Below are positions 61,358 through 64,000 of a stretch of DNA of 64,000 nt, in pieces (positions within the stretch are counted from its first letter, which is position 1; the number at the start of each line of letters is the position of its first letter). The notes below the pieces were generated by a model. That model was not told the DNA's origin, searched no databases, and worked only from the letters and a program-made list of their open reading frames with translations. The DNA is from Marsupella aquatica (taxonomy: Eukaryota; Plantae; Marchantiophyta), in contig OZ316897.1 of NCBI GenBank assembly GCA_973895155.1, forward strand, positions 62,001-126,000, read 5' to 3'. The translations under genes and the position numbers were made by a program.

Positions 61358-61786
61358 TCATGGAGATGCTGCCTTGTAGGCGTCTGAATCTGTGTCCGAA
61401 TCCGTATCATAATCGGACGAAGCTAGGATGTCGGATGTCCAGTAGTTGTGTATGTCGATGTCCCTCCAGTAAGACTCCTCCTCCTCTCTCTTCCGCTTCT
61501 TTGAAACTCCCTTAGAAACGGATATGTTTGTGCGAGAAGACATTGGTGCTCTGGAAACAACGCTTGAAGTTGTTTCCTTTGGCGGTGCAGGTCGCTGAGT
61601 TGAAGCACAGACAACAGGCGGGACCCGACTGGATGATGATCCAATCTTGAGCGAAGGGGGTCCACTCTTCCTTGCCGGAGGAGAGCTTGGTGGCGAGTCC
61701 ACTGGGCCGTCAGTTTCAACGTTGTAGCGGCGGACCTCTAGAACCCATTTGGGTTTTGGAGCGGAAGAGTCATTGTTCTTTGCCAT
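61358..61786 (-). CDS. Hypothetical low-complexity protein (142 aa) with basic NLS-like and acidic tail
   Basis: ATG-initiated open frame, KKRKR motif; no recognisable domain. Confidence 0.3.
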   Translation of the reverse strand: MAKNNDSSAPKPKWVLEVRRYNVETDGPVDSPPSSPPARKSGPPSLKIGSSSSRVPPVVCASTQRPAPPKETTSSVVSRAPMSSRTNISVSKGVSKKRKREEEESYWRDIDIHNYWTSDILASSDYDTDSDTDSDAYKAASP

Positions 61787-62759
61787 TTATGTCTGTAACA
61801 AACGTTGTTGTGTATCAGATTACTTTCTCAACATGTGTTTACCAAATAGAAACAGTCACCTTCAAAACATCCAAGCTCATCGAGTCAAAACGCGCAAAAC
61901 TACGAGAAGGAAAATAGAACTGGGAAAACCAGACTTTCTCATTAACAATAACGCTACTTGCTGTGAAGAGGTCTCCCGGTATCCAACTTACATCTCCTTG
62001 TGCGACAAAAACTTTGCAAGAATGCGACACACTCGAGACACCAGATCCCCTCCTCGCCCGCGGATATGACAACACAAGCTTGATTGAAGTTACTCTGCGA
62101 TGCGAAGACGATCGTGAAAGAGTGAGGAGATGACGAAAGTCATATAATGAGAACATTGTTAGGAATGGAGATGAGTCGAGAGGTCCGAATGACATATAGT
62201 GCATTTCGGGAGCCTCGGATCCTCTGAAATGGTTTCGCGTTTCACGCTTCACTCATGAGGAAGGGGACATTGGATTCTGTCGTGATATGATCCGGTGTGG
62301 TGCTGTTGCTGCAACCGTTTACACCCGTGCTTTCTAATGAGTGCTTTTCGTGTGGGTCATGACCGCACGGAGTATTTCATGCGAGAATGATGGGCAGAGT
62401 TATGGCTAGCGACTTTGCTGGCCTGATGTAGGTTGGAATTATATATTGAATTATGGTGCCATCGATGACCGTTCGTGTCCGGGGAATACGTAATATGTAC
62501 CAATGCATCGTCGGGATCGCTTTTTAAACCCAACGGGAGTTAAATAAATAGGTGGAATAGAAGGTTCCTTTTAGGCTAGCAAGAGTCACTTTATGCTAGT
62601 GAGGTTGTTTTTGTGCCAAATTTTGGGTATTCCAAGGAGAAAATGATCCCGTGCAAGGAATTTTTTTACTGTTTCCTTGCATGCTACAATGACCCCATCT
62701 TCACTAGCAATGTAGAAAACGTGAAGATGTACACTAGCGATGTAGAAAACGAGGATGGT

Positions 62760-63653
62760 TCAACTGGTACGCCGATGCGCCAATACTTGCATAGCATTAG
62801 CCATATCCTTGAACACAGACACCATGGCTCTACGATCAGCAGATGCAGACTCCTTCTCAGTCGCTTCAAGAACCATTTTATTTTTCTCCAGTTCAAATTG
62901 TTTGTCAAAACAAAGCATTCGATTTGTCATCTGATCATTATATTGAGAGACGAGATCAAACTTTCATGACTAGTTTTCAGAACTCCCGAGATATCCACAG
63001 TCCTTCTTCGCTTTGCTCTTCGTGTCGATCCTGCTACGCTATCTCCCGGGGCCACCGGGGCCATAGACCCATTATGAGGCTCTCTCTCAGGGGACAAACT
63101 CCTAAATTTCATATGCAAAAGCTTGGTGCGAAGGGGACTGAGGACATGGTGCAGCTGATAGATTAGGAGAGGCAATGTGCACGCCCGAATCAAATGTGGC
63201 AGGAGGAACCATGCACGGCCGTTGCAAACAAAGTGAATCCATTATATCTTACAAATCCTTGCTGAACTTGGGAACAAGTTTAGCCTGGATCCACTCATTT
63301 TTGCTCATATTATAATATGACGATACTCCAGAAGATAAGATAAAATCTCTATTGGCTTTCCAATCACCAAACAAATTGTTCCATTTGGTCGTGCAAACTG
63401 ATCTTGTTCTGTCCGAATAGCCCTTACCACTCATGAACGATGCAATATCAATCCACTTTTGGACACTTGATAGAAACGACGCTGTCCAATGTTATCCACT
63501 GACGTCCAATTCGAGTTCAGTTTTCTTAGCCTGAGCCAAGCACAACATTTCTTGGTCATTCCAATTCCGCGCTCGAGGTCTGGCTAGTCTATCCTGGGAT
63601 TGCTGAGAATCAGGAATGGAGAAAGTAGAAGCCGGGGGAGTAGTAAAGGCCAT
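62760..63653 (-). pseudogene. Trihelix (Myb/SANT-like, ASR3/SH4-type) protein with C-terminal coiled coil; frameshifts and stops
   Basis: RARNWNDQEMLCLAQAK...KWIDIASFM..KG..R....CTTKWNNLFGDWK..RDF...SYYNMSK.E....LVPKF, then RRAKRRR and FELEKNKM...MANAMQVLA in shifted frames. Confidence 0.75.
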
Positions 63654-64000
63654 TGGATGACGATTAAAGCTTAGTGAAGCTTTCAGGAACACACAAGCTT
63701 CCAAATCAGTGCTGCTGCGATGACTCTCACAGTGGCGATCCAGGCACAACACTACTGCACTCAGAGTGGCGATCCCGGCACAACACAGAAGCTACGACTG
63801 ACTTTGACACTGCAACAATAAGTGACGGGACGGCGACAATGCCACACTTCAACAAGAAGTTACAGGAAGTGACGGGACAGCCGAGTGAAACATTGTAAAA
63901 AAAGTTAAGTTACAAGTACTCATGGCACTTAACTTTTTAGTTAAGGACACAAAAAGCGGTACTCACTAACTATTGTCGGTTAAAGTTTTTAACTATAACA

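Overview
Eukaryotic, plant-like genomic DNA (spliceosomal introns, TTTAGGG repeats, plant-type domains; a non-seed plant such as a fern, lycophyte or bryophyte is my inference). The window is repeat-rich and I recognise no intact housekeeping gene. It holds a cluster of chromatin and DNA-processing genes: an intact stand-alone EDM2-type composite PHD protein (9875-10555) directly upstream of an intact TET/JBP-like 2OG-Fe(II) dioxygenase (11269-12633); a C2H2/DUF3505-like + tyrosine-recombinase-like + RecQ helicase gene (33941-38898) resembling fungal telomere-linked helicases, bracketed by ~1.2-1.3 kb direct repeats that contain the 5' end of the TET gene; and four ORFs with a plant-mobile-domain/Transposase_32-like N-terminus, two fused to a telobox Myb domain and to a Ris1/FRG (CHR27/28)-type SNF2-RING ATPase. 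Also present: a 5'-truncated Ty3/Gypsy element, a MITE with an 8-bp TSD, a decayed LINE ORF1, SWIM and trihelix remnants, a coatomer-beta pseudogene fragment and several satellites. Best hypothesis (untested): a large mobile element, or nest of related elements, carrying an anti-silencing toolkit, with a YR-RecQ fusion as candidate mobiliser. All family assignments are from motif recognition by eye; no database search was run.
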